Source: Hormiphora californensis
Taxonomy: Eukaryota; Animalia; Ctenophora
Direction: 5' to 3'
Length of the DNA stretch: 64,000 nucleotides
Assembly: GCA_020137815.1 (NCBI GenBank)
Contig: CM035351.1
Span: 6,696,001 to 6,760,000, forward strand
The first letter of the stretch is position 1. Each line of letters begins with the position of its first letter. The notes under the pieces are model-generated. The model was given only the letters and a program-made list of their open reading frames with translations, searched no databases and was not told where the DNA came from. Positions 12,369 through 24,662 of the stretch are shown here, piece after piece. A program made the translations under genes and the position numbers.

Positions 12369-14148
12369 ATGCACGAGATTACAACCGAAGATGGTCCTGG
12401 TACTGATTTCTGCTACATAAACATCTCTGGGGAAATCTTCAAAACTCGCCGAAAAACGCTCAGACAATTTCCGAGAACTCTCCTAGGCTCGAATGAGAAG
12501 GAGAAGTATTATGACGAAAGTAGGGGACAGTATAACTTCGCCCGAGATAGACAATCCTTCGAGTCCATCCTTTACTATTATCAGTCAGGGGGAACCCTCC
12601 GACGACCTCCAAACGTCAACGAAGAAGTTTTTAACAAGGAGGTGTTCTTTTTTAAAATCAGAAGCGCCCTAAACAGCCGAGGGGTAATGCAATCCACAAA
12701 CCCCAAGGTAAAGGGCCTAAAACGGATTCTCAGCCAGAAACCCACAGAGTTCATGCACTTTAAGAAACTCCTCCGAATTCAGATGATAGACCTTGTCGTG
12801 ACGATCATGTTTGTTTTAGCGGTTGTGTGTGAGCAGCTGGTTCAACCGGATGCCCGAAACGCCTCACCAGACTCTCGTCTCCGATCTCTTTCCAGTAAAT
12901 GGACGGAAATTGATACCCCGCTCAAAATTATCATGAGCATAGAAACTCTATGTACCTTGTGGATCACAACCTTCCTCATTCTACGATTTTACTGGAGTGA
13001 GGATAGGACTAAGTTCGCCAAATCATTCATGGCCATTATGGATTCATTTGTCGTTATGTCCTACTTTGTGACTCTTATCCTGTTTGAGCTGGAAGCGTAC
13101 CTCAAAGAAAAATCCCAAGATTATGATCAGCATAGGTTTTTTACCATATACCGGGTCATGGCGTGTCTCAGAATGATTAAACTCTTCAGAATGGTCCACG
13201 TGTTTAACTTGGCACGCTATAATGCTCTGTTTTTCTCACTCGGCATGGCCGTGAAAGACTCCCTACAGGACCTGGCCGTCATCTTCATGTTCATTTTCTT
13301 CTGCATTGTTGCTTATGCTACCTGTATATTCTGGGTTGAATTTGACTTCGAAGGTAACTCTTGCTTGGAGCATTTTCTCGACACTGAAATGGAGAACTTG
13401 GAATTCAACGTTACCATCTTCACCTCCGATGCGAATGGGGTTTCCTGCAATTTCACAATCACATCTGATGTAAGTAGTTAACAATCTTATCATTCCTGCC
13501 TTGATTTAGCTTGCTTTGTTCGACCTTCTCTCTTTGCGCCCCGGAACAAAACAAAATTTAGCGTCATTTTAGGCTGCATTATTTTTCCTTTGCTCCATAC
13601 TTAGACCCTAATTACAAACGTCCCTTATTTCCCAGGATATGGAGAAGAGGAAGTTTGATAGCATATTCGCCTGTATGTGGTGGAGTCTCATTACCATAAC
13701 TACAGTGGGGTACGGGGACATGGTGCCAACCTCAACAATCGGTTAGTTAATATTACACATGTGCTTGTAACTTTGGTATCTAGTTTTCCGAATATTTGAG
13801 CTATTTGCACGGGTATGTAAGAGAACTGCCGTCCCAAGTTTAGTTAGTTAATAGTTAGTTGGTTACACATAATTCCCAACAGGAAAGATAATTGGAGCGT
13901 GTTGCGCCTGTAGCGGAGTGCCCCTTATCGCTATCCCTCTTCCCATCATATCTCAGAAATTTGATGTTTACTACCGGCGTTACTGCAAACGAATGGAAAA
14001 GCGTTCTACACGGAAAGACAATGAGCGGTTAGGAGACAAGTGGATTAGTTATCTGGACCGTCCCTTCTTTGATACAGATAGATACATGGCAGATGTCATT
14101 GATGATGCCGGACCTGCTTGGAATGAGAAAAAGGAGCGGAAGGTGTAG
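12369..14148 (+). CDS. Voltage-gated potassium channel, Shaker/Kv1-type alpha subunit (divergent)
   Basis: Exons 12369-13469, 13636-13741 and 13883-14148 join in frame (~490 aa). T1 domain (INISG...TLRQFPRTLLG...RQSFESILYYYQSGGTLRRP) is Shaker-like. S1-S6 present; pore WWSLITITTVGYGD; S6 GVPLIAIPLPII. Confidence 0.95.
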
Positions 14149-14677
14149 CTACTGTGATTTTATTATTTTGGTTTAGGGGTTGGGTGAGAAGTTATATCGC
14201 CCGGCTTGTCAGTTTAAGTAGATGTGGAGATGTTTTTTGTGTGTGCGAGGTATTGGGTTGAATATTGAAGTTGATAATTGTGTAAATTAGAGTTTTTCAA
14301 GTAATTTATAACTCAAGCTAAACGTTTGTTTAAGTTAATCAAGAACGGGTGTACACACATATTTCAAAAACTGGCTTCACAATACAGTACGAAACAACAT
14401 CGGAGGACAGTAAAGGCACCAGAGAACACATGGAGTGGCATGGGGCTACTAAGAACTAAAAAGGCATGGGTGATATTGTTTAACATGTACACGTGATCAC
14501 CATGCAAATTTAATATTAGCAGAAAAGTCTAAAGTTTTGTTGGATTATCTGCTGAGCTTCAAAAGTTTGAACATTTGTCAAAAGAAGTTTGGTTCCAAAC
14601 GCATGAATAGAGCTAGAGTCAATAATTGATTTATTGAATAATGGCATATAGTACTGGTTTCTGTCTATTTATGTAAT

Positions 14678-15208
14678 TCACTTAGATTTGGAGTTGGAGT
14701 TTCGCGTCCTCCCACCACCTCTTTTCCCGTAAATCTTAGTATTCCTCTCATCCTCCTTTTGCTGCTTCATCATCAGCTCAGCTCTCTTCCAACTGGGCAT
14801 CTGGTACTTGTCCGTTTGATCTGTACTTGGTGGTGTTGCTGACTTCGCCTCCTTGATATCTGGTTGTACCTCCGGGATCAAAGTCTGGGTGGGTTGACGG
14901 TACAGCTTCTTCCGTTGTGAGTTAGACCTCGTGTTGATCTTATCCAAGGACTCTTTCCGGGAGTCAGCTACAAGTCTGGGTGGTTGAGGTGACTTGATCT
15001 CCTTGATAATCCTCAGGGCGTTCAACTTGGCCACAAGTTGATGGTTTCCCCGTTTCAGCAACTGCTGTGACTCCCGCTCCTCGTTACGGATGGAGTTCCG
15101 TACTTTGGACAGTTGTCTGTTCATCTGAGTGTTTCGTTTAATGGCCGCTCGGAGCGCCACAGGACGGTGATCCAGGGACACGAGACGTTTCTTTTCTGCT
15201 GTTGACAT
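14678..15208 (-). CDS. Hypothetical single-exon basic, coiled-coil-like protein (176 aa)
   Basis: Non-repetitive 531-nt ORF, ACCATG start context, K/R/Q-rich helical composition; tail-to-tail with the Kv gene. No family recognised. Confidence 0.6.
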   Translation of the reverse strand: MSTAEKKRLVSLDHRPVALRAAIKRNTQMNRQLSKVRNSIRNEERESQQLLKRGNHQLVAKLNALRIIKEIKSPQPPRLVADSRKESLDKINTRSNSQRKKLYRQPTQTLIPEVQPDIKEAKSATPPSTDQTDKYQMPSWKRAELMMKQQKEDERNTKIYGKRGGGRTRNSNSKSK

Positions 15209-15509
15209 GGTACTTGCTACAATGATTGAGTGTTATGATAGAGGCCAAATCAAATGTCAAGCCATATTTAGAACGAATGCAAGTAAAATAATAAGCAAAT
15301 CTGAAAAGGAAACTACATACTAAAAAAGATTCCCCCCCCCCTCCCCCCCCCCCCCCCGAAATCGGGTACCCTGTGTTTTCTAACTTTCAAAATACATGTT
15401 TCACAGAGCAGTAGCAGTTGCACTAGATCAAGCAATCGTGATTCGCGAGGATCAGGAAAGTCGAAGTTCGACCGAGAAACATCAACAGAAGAGTTTCTCT
15501 CACTCTCTC

Positions 15510-15564
<55 letters not shown>

Positions 15565-16355
15565 AGTCCACTACACGCAACACTCCCACACGGGGCCGTA
15601 AGCCCGTGCGGGGAACAGGGTTAAGACACCACGGCGTAGTGTTCATTTCTGGGTCACATTCATTTCGTTCGTGGCGCTATAGTTGGGGTGGTGGTGGGGG
15701 ATCGGTGGGTCCCCATTTCGTTGTTTGTACTGGGGACCCAGCGGGTGTTGCTATTAACCGTGAGGGTCCACTACCGGGATTTACGTTTAGGACAGTTGTA
15801 GGGACTTGCATATCTGTTCTCTCCGTCGGAGTTACACATGTGTAAGATTTCTCTATAGATCTGAATGCCCAGCGAGTTTTTACCTGGCAGTGGGTCTATT
15901 CCTTATCTTCCCACAGGGCGTGCTTAGCCTCTTCCAGGATCCGGATGTGCCTGGGTTATGCGGGATTAGCAGTATACCAAGGTCTAGGTTCTCTTGCTTA
16001 GACCAGACATTCCTGGTGTTCGGGTGTTAATTGGACCATGTCCGGATAAGATGAGTAAGTTTTGGGGGTGAGTTCAAACCAAGCACTGTATATTCATAGT
16101 CATCGGTTTGTTGAAAGAAGAGCGGGTTGGGGTCTTAACCACTGACACCGGTGCGCGGTATGGTAAGTAAAAGGAAATCCCACCGCAACATTTGGTCCGT
16201 TATCCGTTTAGTAGAGGTTTGCCCGTCCATCCTTGCAGATTTCAGCACCGAACCGACACTTCAGGTACCGGGTGTTGTATCTATATAATATGTCTATATG
16301 GGGATCTGGACCAGGGGCCAGTGTGAAGCATTATGACAACGGGAAAAAGAGGGTA

Positions 16356-17550
16356 AACTATCCTCTCTGGAGCGGGGCAGACTATCCTTCTCCGGAGCGG
16401 GATAAACTATCTCTCAGGAACAGGGTGAGACTCCCCTTCCGGAACGGGGCGGGGGCGGCGGAAACTATCCTCTGTGGAGCGGGGTGGTGAAAATCCTCTC
16501 TGACCGGGGTTATAAACTATACTCTAGAACGGGGTATGGGGTAGACTATCCTTCTGGACGGGGCAATATTCCTCTGGGAAGAGGGGTACTATCCTCTCTG
16601 GAACGGGTAAATATCTTCTCAGGAACGGGGTTATGGGGTAGACTATCCCTTGGGACGGGGGCAAACCTCCTCTGGAAGCGGGGTAACTATCCTCTCTGGA
16701 CCGGGTAACTATCCTCTCTGGAACGGGGCTACCGATCCTCTGTGAAGCGGGGGTATAGTTAGGGTATTAAAACTATTCCTCTCTGGACCGGGGTAACTAT
16801 CCTCTCTGGAACGGGGCTACATCTCTGTGATGACGCGGGGGTAAACTATCTCCTCTGGACACGGGGTACTATTTTCCGAACGGGGGGTATGGGGGACTGG
16901 GGGACTTATCCTCTATGGGACGGGGGCAACTATCCTCTGTGAAGCTGGGGGGTGTAAACTATCCTTCTGGGACGGGGGGGGTAACTATCCTCTCTGGAAC
17001 GGGGCAAACTATCCTCTGTGAAGCGGGGTATAAACTACCTCTCTGGACCGGTGGTTAACTATCATCTCTGGAACGGGGGCTACTATCCTCTGTGAAAGCG
17101 GGGTGGAAACTATTCCTCTCGGGACCGGTCTCGGTCGGTAAAACATCACTACTCTCTGCAACGGGGATAAATCACCTCTGTGAAGCGGCCCGGTCGGGCT
17201 TAACTATCCCTCTCTGAAACAGGGGGGACACTATCTTCTAAGGAACCGGGTATGGGGGACTATCTTTCCTCTGGGACGGGGCAACTTCCTTGAGACAGCG
17301 GGGTAAATATCCTCTCGGGACGGGGGTAAACTATCTTCTCTGGACCGGGGTAAACTATTCTCTCTGGAGGGTACTACAAACCATCACGGGATCGAAGACC
17401 CTAATAATGAAATGGAATAGGGGTTTAGCAGTTAATCAGGATGGTTAGTGGGTTAGTAGATAAAGGGGCAATGGAGGTCCACAGGGTAACTATCTTGTGG
17501 AAGCCCCGAGCGGGGAAAATATCCTATGGACGGGGTTAACTATCTCTCAG
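16356..17550. repeat. Minisatellite array, ~21-23-bp unit AACTATCCTCTCTGGAACGGGG(T/C)A
   Basis: Dozens of imperfect tandem copies, with indels increasing towards the right end. Confidence 0.9.
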
Positions 17551-20500
17551 GACAGGGTTAATGGAAGGGTAGGGGGTAGTAGATTAGTATCAGGCTGGGT
17601 AGTGGTTAGTCTGACATCACCCGGTGACTCTGACGGCCTAAACGATGCCCAGCCTGTCTTCTCGCGATGTTGCCTCGCTCTTCTCTCTACTCCGCTCCTC
17701 TTCTCTGCCCCCCCTTCTCACTCTCCGTCCCTCTTCTCATCCGCCGCCTACTGTGTCGTCACTGCTTTACCATATTATTCATGCGTCAGTTGCTTCTATT
17801 GCTCCTCGCATGCGACTGCAGTACCCCGCTCGACTTTTTTCCTCACGTGCGATCTTTTTATCCTACGCCGTCATGTTCTTGTATACGAGCCTGGTCCCCT
17901 CTCACGATGACCTAGACCACCCCTACACTCATGTTTCATGACGCACTTCTCAGTCCCGGCCTTCCGAAGACACTATAGCGGTCCTGTACGTCCCTGTCTC
18001 CCCTCTACGCCCTGACGTCCCTGCCCATGACACTTCCCATGCCGGCTTCTCGCCGTCCTCCTGACGCTTCTTCATCTTTTCTCATCTGCGCCTTCCGCGA
18101 TGTCCCCGCCCACGAGCGCGCTGAGAGAGCCCCGCGGCGCGCCGCTACGGCGACCTGGCCCGTGCGATATGCAGACAAGCGGACTCAGGGACTGATGACT
18201 GCGTGGTGGGGACCCTGTGTGAGTCTTACACAACGAGTTGTCTATCGTTGCGTGCATGCCACTCGCCTTTCTTCACGTATGCGCGCAGTAGACTGTTGTG
18301 TTTCCCCCCCGTTGTCCCCTGCCTTCTCGCCTCCCTCCCCTTCCCCCACCTTCCCCCGGCTTCCCTTTGGTCTCTTTCCCGCTACCGTTTTTCCCCGTTT
18401 CTCCCCCCTCCCCCTCACCCGGTTGCCCACCCCCCCCTCCCCTATCACTCTCTCTTCTTCCCGCGGCTGTTCCTCAGACCTCCTTCCCCCCCCTGCCCTC
18501 TCCTCTCGTCCCCGCCGTCCCCTGCCCCCGCCGGCTGCGCGCTGTTTCGCTGCGCCGCCTCGCGGTCCCACTTCCCGAGCGGGTCTCCGGGAGCCCGCCT
18601 GCCTGCTGAGAGGCGACGACGGACCCGAGCCCCAGGCCGACGTCTGCCCGCGTTCGCAGTGGCAAGGGCTGGGGGATCCGCGGCGGAGGGCCAGTCTCCC
18701 ATCTGCCGGATCGCTGCCGGCCCTTCTGCCCCGCCGCTTACAGCCGGGCAAGCGACGATTGGCCGAACCAGAAGGCCTAAGCCCGTGCGCCGGGCTCTTT
18801 GTCCTTTCGTCCCGTCTCCGCGCCCGCGCCTGGGCCGTGGCGCTCGCGGACACGGTCCCTTCGACGTCGGCGCGAGGCGCGGGCCGCCCCCGCCGTCTCG
18901 CTGTTTACTATTTGCTTTATCTCCTCGCACGCGCATAGGCTCCCACGGCGGATTACACGCCTGACGTACACTGCCCGCGTCCCGGGACGGGGCGTAGGCC
19001 ACAAGGCGGACCCTGGAAATATCGATTTAAAAGGGAACACGGGGCAGAAAAAGGAAGGAGATGGGGGAAAGGTTTCAGATCCGTGTTGACCCTGTTGCCC
19101 GGGGGAGGAAAAAACATAGAGAGGATCGTGCGCCTCCGCAAGGGTAAGGAGGGTAGAAGGAGGGAGAAAAAGAGAAAAAATGATGAGAGGGAAAGAAAGG
19201 GAGAGAGTCAGAAGTATAGAGGAAGCAGGGCAAGAGTATAAGAGAGAGAGAGAGAGAGAGGAGATTAGAAGTAGAGAGAGAGATCTAGCTATATAGAGAG
19301 AGCCAGATAGAGAGAGCGCTAGATCTATAGTATAGATAGATATCGCTCGATAGATATATCTATCTACTATATGATGAGCCTATCTCTAGTATCTCGGCTA
19401 TCTCTCTTATCTCTCTCGTCTCTACTCTTCGCTCTATAGATCTCTCTCTTCGCTATCTATCTCGCTCTGTATATTCTCTCTCTCTCGCCTCTCAAGCTTG
19501 GGACACTTACAGTGATTGTCCGGGTATCAAGCAGCTATCGAGCAAAGTGGTGTTGCCCGAGGATCGCAAAGCAAGCTGACACTGACAGAGCAGAATAGAG
19601 TTGATGGGGAGGACGTGGAGAGAGAGAGAAGTGTCAGTGCTAGATAGAGAGACTTGTTTAATCAAACAACTGCAGTATACCACTAATGCTCTTCGAAAAG
19701 CTTTGCATGGGGCATGCTATATAATATATCACTCGGACCCAATCATTTGGATAGCGTACAGATATAGGCTAACACCGACTAGGACAAATATCAGCTAACA
19801 GGCTGAGGATTATCAAGGCTAGAAAAACCACATATATTTCACCATCTAGTCGCGGCTAAGTTGTTCACGAATCCAAAAAAAATTTTTTAAACATCCCTTT
19901 TGTTAAATTTTAAATTTTTTTCTTAATGCACATGATGACTTATTATCTCTCTTTTCTCTCCTCCCCCAACTGCATCAGATCTCACTATTTTTGTGGCTGC
20001 AAGTAAACGGGGCCTTCAGGGTTCTTTCCTTAAAAAATCCACCCCAACTTTTTTGGGGGCCCTTTTACATGCGTGATAGGAATCGGCCCCCCTCAAACGC
20101 ATTTCACCGGTGGTTCAGGTTTTTAACCATTCCAAGACAAATTTTGGGGGGGAAACTCGGAGGAAGTGATATACTAAAGTAACCGAAGTGTCAGTATAAT
20201 ACACTAGGGAGCAAGCTCGCAAGCACAACGGTGCCATTCACTTGAGAACCGGAGAAACAAAGGACCCGGGGAAAAAAGACAAAGGGAGAGGAATAGAGGG
20301 AGAGGAAAAATCGAACTACCCCCGTCGCAAAAATTGATTTTAAAAGAACAAGAGATGAAAAGTAACACCGCCAAAGGCAGTGAATGCAGTGAGCCGTGAT
20401 AAATTTTATGGCCCGATCTTTGGGCTTAAACCCCGGCCAAAATTTCACGGGGAGGGGCAGCAAACGGTAAAAATCCGGCTTAATTTTCCAGAAGCCAAAG

Positions 20501-23500
20501 GGGGGAAAATACCCCTCTAATAAGGGGCCGGGTGCACCCTTCACAAAAGATTGGGGAATTGTCATTTCCAATTGGTCCAAATTTTATTTTCAGCGGGACC
20601 CCTTTTAATACTTTTTCTTTGATATATGTAAAAAAAATCAAAACCCCTAGCAATTGATGAAAAAAACTAAAAAAGGTTCAATCATGACTAGAACGGATGT
20701 GTTTTAATTTATATTGTGATCAATGACTTTAAAAGTCTTGAAGAACTTCTTAAGTGGTAAAAAGCAGCGAACGGTTTTGAAATTTAAAAATTGGGGGAAA
20801 GGAAAAATTTAAAAACAATTTGTTTTTTGGTAAGGGTTTGCGGCCCTTATCAACAATCATTTTGCTTTTTTAAAAACGGAATTTTGGAATCAACAAAACA
20901 GCTTGCATGGCGATTGCCTCGTATAATACTAGCTCTTGCTATACCGACAGCGGAGGGTGTTTTTATATTTCGCACCAAATTTTTTTCAATTTTATAAAAG
21001 TTCTAAATCGGGGCAGCTTGGGGTCTTATATGCCATATCCCCGCCCGGGATAGAGTCCCCCTTACCAAAATAGATCAGGAAAAACAACTGTCTACTGAAC
21101 AACCTTGCTAATCACATACCTCTCTTCCCTCTTTTCACCTCAATAGTTTAGCCAGCTTTCTTGTTCTTTGAATTTGAAAAAAACCCTTTCCCCCTTTGAA
21201 AGCGTGCCCAGTCTCGGGGGAGTCGGGCTTTGGGGGTGGTCGTGGGTAATCTCAGGAGGGGGACAACTATGGGGTATTTCCCCGGGGGGAGAAAACGGCT
21301 AATGGGCAGGATTTCGGGGGTCACCCAGGATCATGAACCCCACCCCTCGTGGAGGGGGTCGTTAACAATGGAATTGCAGGCGGAGGAGGGACTTATCCCA
21401 GGGAGACCACCCCGACCCAATCCAATCACCGGTGGCCCCGGGACCGGGTTTTTTCCCGGGGGTCCATCCCCCTCTATCCATCTAGTTATAAAAACCCCTT
21501 TTGGGGTTCTCCTTTCTTGGTTTTTTCTCGCGATATAGCTTTTTAACCCCTCCTCGACATCTCCCATTTTTTGGGCTGCTTTCCCCGGGGGATGTTTGCT
21601 CCGGGAAGATGGCTCGTTATTGGAAACTGCGGGAAGAGAGAGGGTGATAAAGTAGATAAACTGCGGAGAGAGAAGGGTCGGGGACGCCGATAAACGTGAA
21701 ACGTTTGGGGACTGAAAAAAACCTCGGATAACAAAAGTGACCATCTCGCTGTTATCTCATTTCATGCTGACAACTATACTTACGTTGCGAGGTGTAGTCC
21801 TCTGCCAGGTATGTTAGGGCAGTCTCACTGAACCTTCTCCCTCTGTTCCGTGCCCCTGCCGTCTTCCCCCCATGGGGGCAACCCCTTCTTAGTTTGCCCT
21901 TTCCGAATAGGGGAGGGTTGTCACAGGGAATTTTCGGTTTTAGTTAGGTGGGGGAGATGAAAATTTTAATTTAAAAAAGCCCCGGGAAAACCGGCCACCC
22001 ATTTTTTTCACGGATGGTAAATAGTTGGTTAGGTTTTACATTAAAATAAAAAACCAAAGCTGGAGATTACCTATTCTAGGAAGACGTGGGGAGAAGATGT
22101 AGCGATGAACGGAAAAAAATGACACAAAACAGTAAATTACAATACTACTCAGAGCAGTCATAACAAAATCACAGTACGGAATTGGGAAATTAAGCGGGAT
22201 CAGGAGAGAGAGGGAGAGATCAGGGGCCCTAGAATATTGTTACTAATTCTGTAATATTTCGTAATACCTGATCTTTTTTTTGGGTTTTAAAGGGGGTTGA
22301 AATGGGGCCTTAAATTTTTCTTTGAATCCCAAATAATATATCAAAGTATGGTACTTTGGGGAGAGATTGTTCAGAAGGGTGGCTTTGGTTTCCCTAATTC
22401 CTTTTTTCCCCCTAACAATTTGTTCCTAAAATTTGCTTCTACCTTTACAACATTTTAATTCAAAACCCTTTAAAATTTAAGGGTCAAACCCGTAAAAAAG
22501 GAAAAAAAAAAAAATGCTAAAAATTGTGCTGGGTAAATTTGCTAGAGATTATGCAGTAGATTTTTGCTAGTAATTTGTGTGAAATTGTGTTGGTGAAATT
22601 GTGTAAGTGAAGTCCTAGTTGTGTTGTAAACTTACGCTCGAAGATGAACCTCCGTCTCCTCAAGTATGTTGTCATGGACGGACTCGAATCTTAGGAAGAC
22701 CTCTTTGTCATCATCATTGGTTTCCCGGGTCAAACTCATCAGAAAAAAAAAAGGGGGGGGGTCACTTGGGAGAAAAGAGACAGAAAAAATTGAAAAAGAA
22801 AGGGTGAGAATAGAAAAGGGGGTTTTAAAGACCCCAATTCGAAAAGGGGATATACAGAAAACTTTTATGGAACGAAAGCCATTTTAGTCCCCCAAAATGT
22901 AGATACCGGTCATAATGACAGGTACTGGTATAAAGGACACACAATGTCGTCATACAACTTAAAGCCCCAATTCTATTAAAAACTTTCTACTACATAGTTT
23001 TGGGGAGAAGGGGGTTAGTGTTCTGTCTGCACGTTTCTGACCATTCCCCTAATATTACCTTTTAGATTTAAATTACTCAGAGAAATGGTAGCCGCTGCCG
23101 ATGGCGGGCCAAAAAACGGGGCATCCCTTGGGGATTTTTACCCCATTTAAAAAATATTTCTATGGTATGGGGAACAAAAAAAAAAAAAAAAGTGACAAAA
23201 GATTATAAAACATAAAGACACGGTGCTGGTGGAGTAGAAACGAATTTCAATTTCTCTGATAGATTGAATATCTCCATTTTTGGGCAACTAAAAGGATGGC
23301 TTTATATTATAAGTTATAAACATTATCCACTTTCAAGCTCCTATTGGGGAAAGCGGGTAAAACCCATCAAGCACCCCCCTTTTTTTTTCTCTCTTTCCCT
23401 CTTTTTTCCTTTTTTTAAAAAAAACGTGCTCAAAGGTGGGCTAAAGGTTTTAGGAGGACCCGGGCTCAGGAGCTTTAAAAAACCCCAGGGCTGTAAGGTC

Positions 23501-23803
23501 ACTGACAATGCCATTCTTTTTAAGGTTGCTCAACAAGAACCCTAAAAACCCCCCAATGAAATTTAATTCCAGTCATGGGAAAGTACAGTTTTTTTTTAAA
23601 AAAAGCAACAAATGCATAGTGCAGAAGGGAGCTCGAGCAATAATGGATCGCTCCCTCACTTTCTCTCTCGCTATCTGTTGGTTCCATCTCTCTCCGTCTC
23701 TCACCGCATGGCAGAAGTAACATTAATAAACGCAGGAGCTCGTGACGGTTCCCAAAGCAGGCACTTTCTAAGTTATGGGTCACGTGATAAAAGACAAGAA
23801 GAG

Positions 23804-23804
<1 letters not shown>

Positions 23805-23886
<82 letters not shown>

Positions 23887-23900
23887 GAGTGAGAAAGAGT

Positions 23901-23962
<62 letters not shown>

Positions 23963-24012
23963 GCGAGAGAGAGACTAGAGAGAGAGAGAGAAAGAGAGAG
24001 AGAGCGAGAGAG
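23805..24012. repeat. (GA)n microsatellite
   Basis: Directly visible. Confidence 0.95.
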
Positions 24013-24483
24013 CGACGGAGAAAATTGGCGCCTTCAGCCTAAAAAGAAATAGAATTATATACCCATTATTAGACAAAGATACGGGATATCTTCTAGATAC
24101 AGATGACAAGAAGATCTCTCAAAGAAACACCAAAAAAGTTAGCCGAGTATTGAGTAATTTAGACGGTGAAAAAATTAGTCTTCTTGTGATCAAGTGATCT
24201 ATGAAAAGAGTAAAACCCTTTTTGTGAACTGAACTGCCGAACAAAAATAATGATGGATTAAATGATCAAATATAATTAATTTAATACAGTGATAAAGGAT
24301 TACGTTATGACGTCATACTGCTAAGAGACAGCTGTCAGGTCCTCATCATGATATAGCACCAAGTGCCAATTTTGGCAGATATGATTCTAGAATATGGGAC
24401 ATACATCATACCAATGAACATTAAATTATTAATTAACATCTTAAATCCAATGATAATTATTAATTAACAATTTAATGATGTAA

Positions 24484-24662
24484 GCTGAAGTTTTTGAAGC
24501 CGACTTCAAAAACTTCAAAAACTAAAAAGGGTAGGAAAATTCAAAAACTTCAAAAACCTATAATCCAGGAAATGATCGAAATTTCGGTTTGATTTGGTTC
24601 AAATTGAACCAAATCAAATTGAACTTCAAAAACTAAAATGGGCAGGAAACTTCAACTTCAGC
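24484..24662. mobile_element. Small MITE-like element
   Basis: Ends GCTGAAGTT...AACTTCAGC are inverted; internal TTCAAAAAC repeats and palindrome TTTGATTTGGTTCAA-A-TTGAACCAAATCAAA (24588-24618). Confidence 0.5.

Noticed and set aside
18027-19089. Overlapping 185-303 aa Pro/Arg/Ala-rich ORFs
   Set aside because: Open in many frames because of high GC; no recognisable domain; region looks unreliable.
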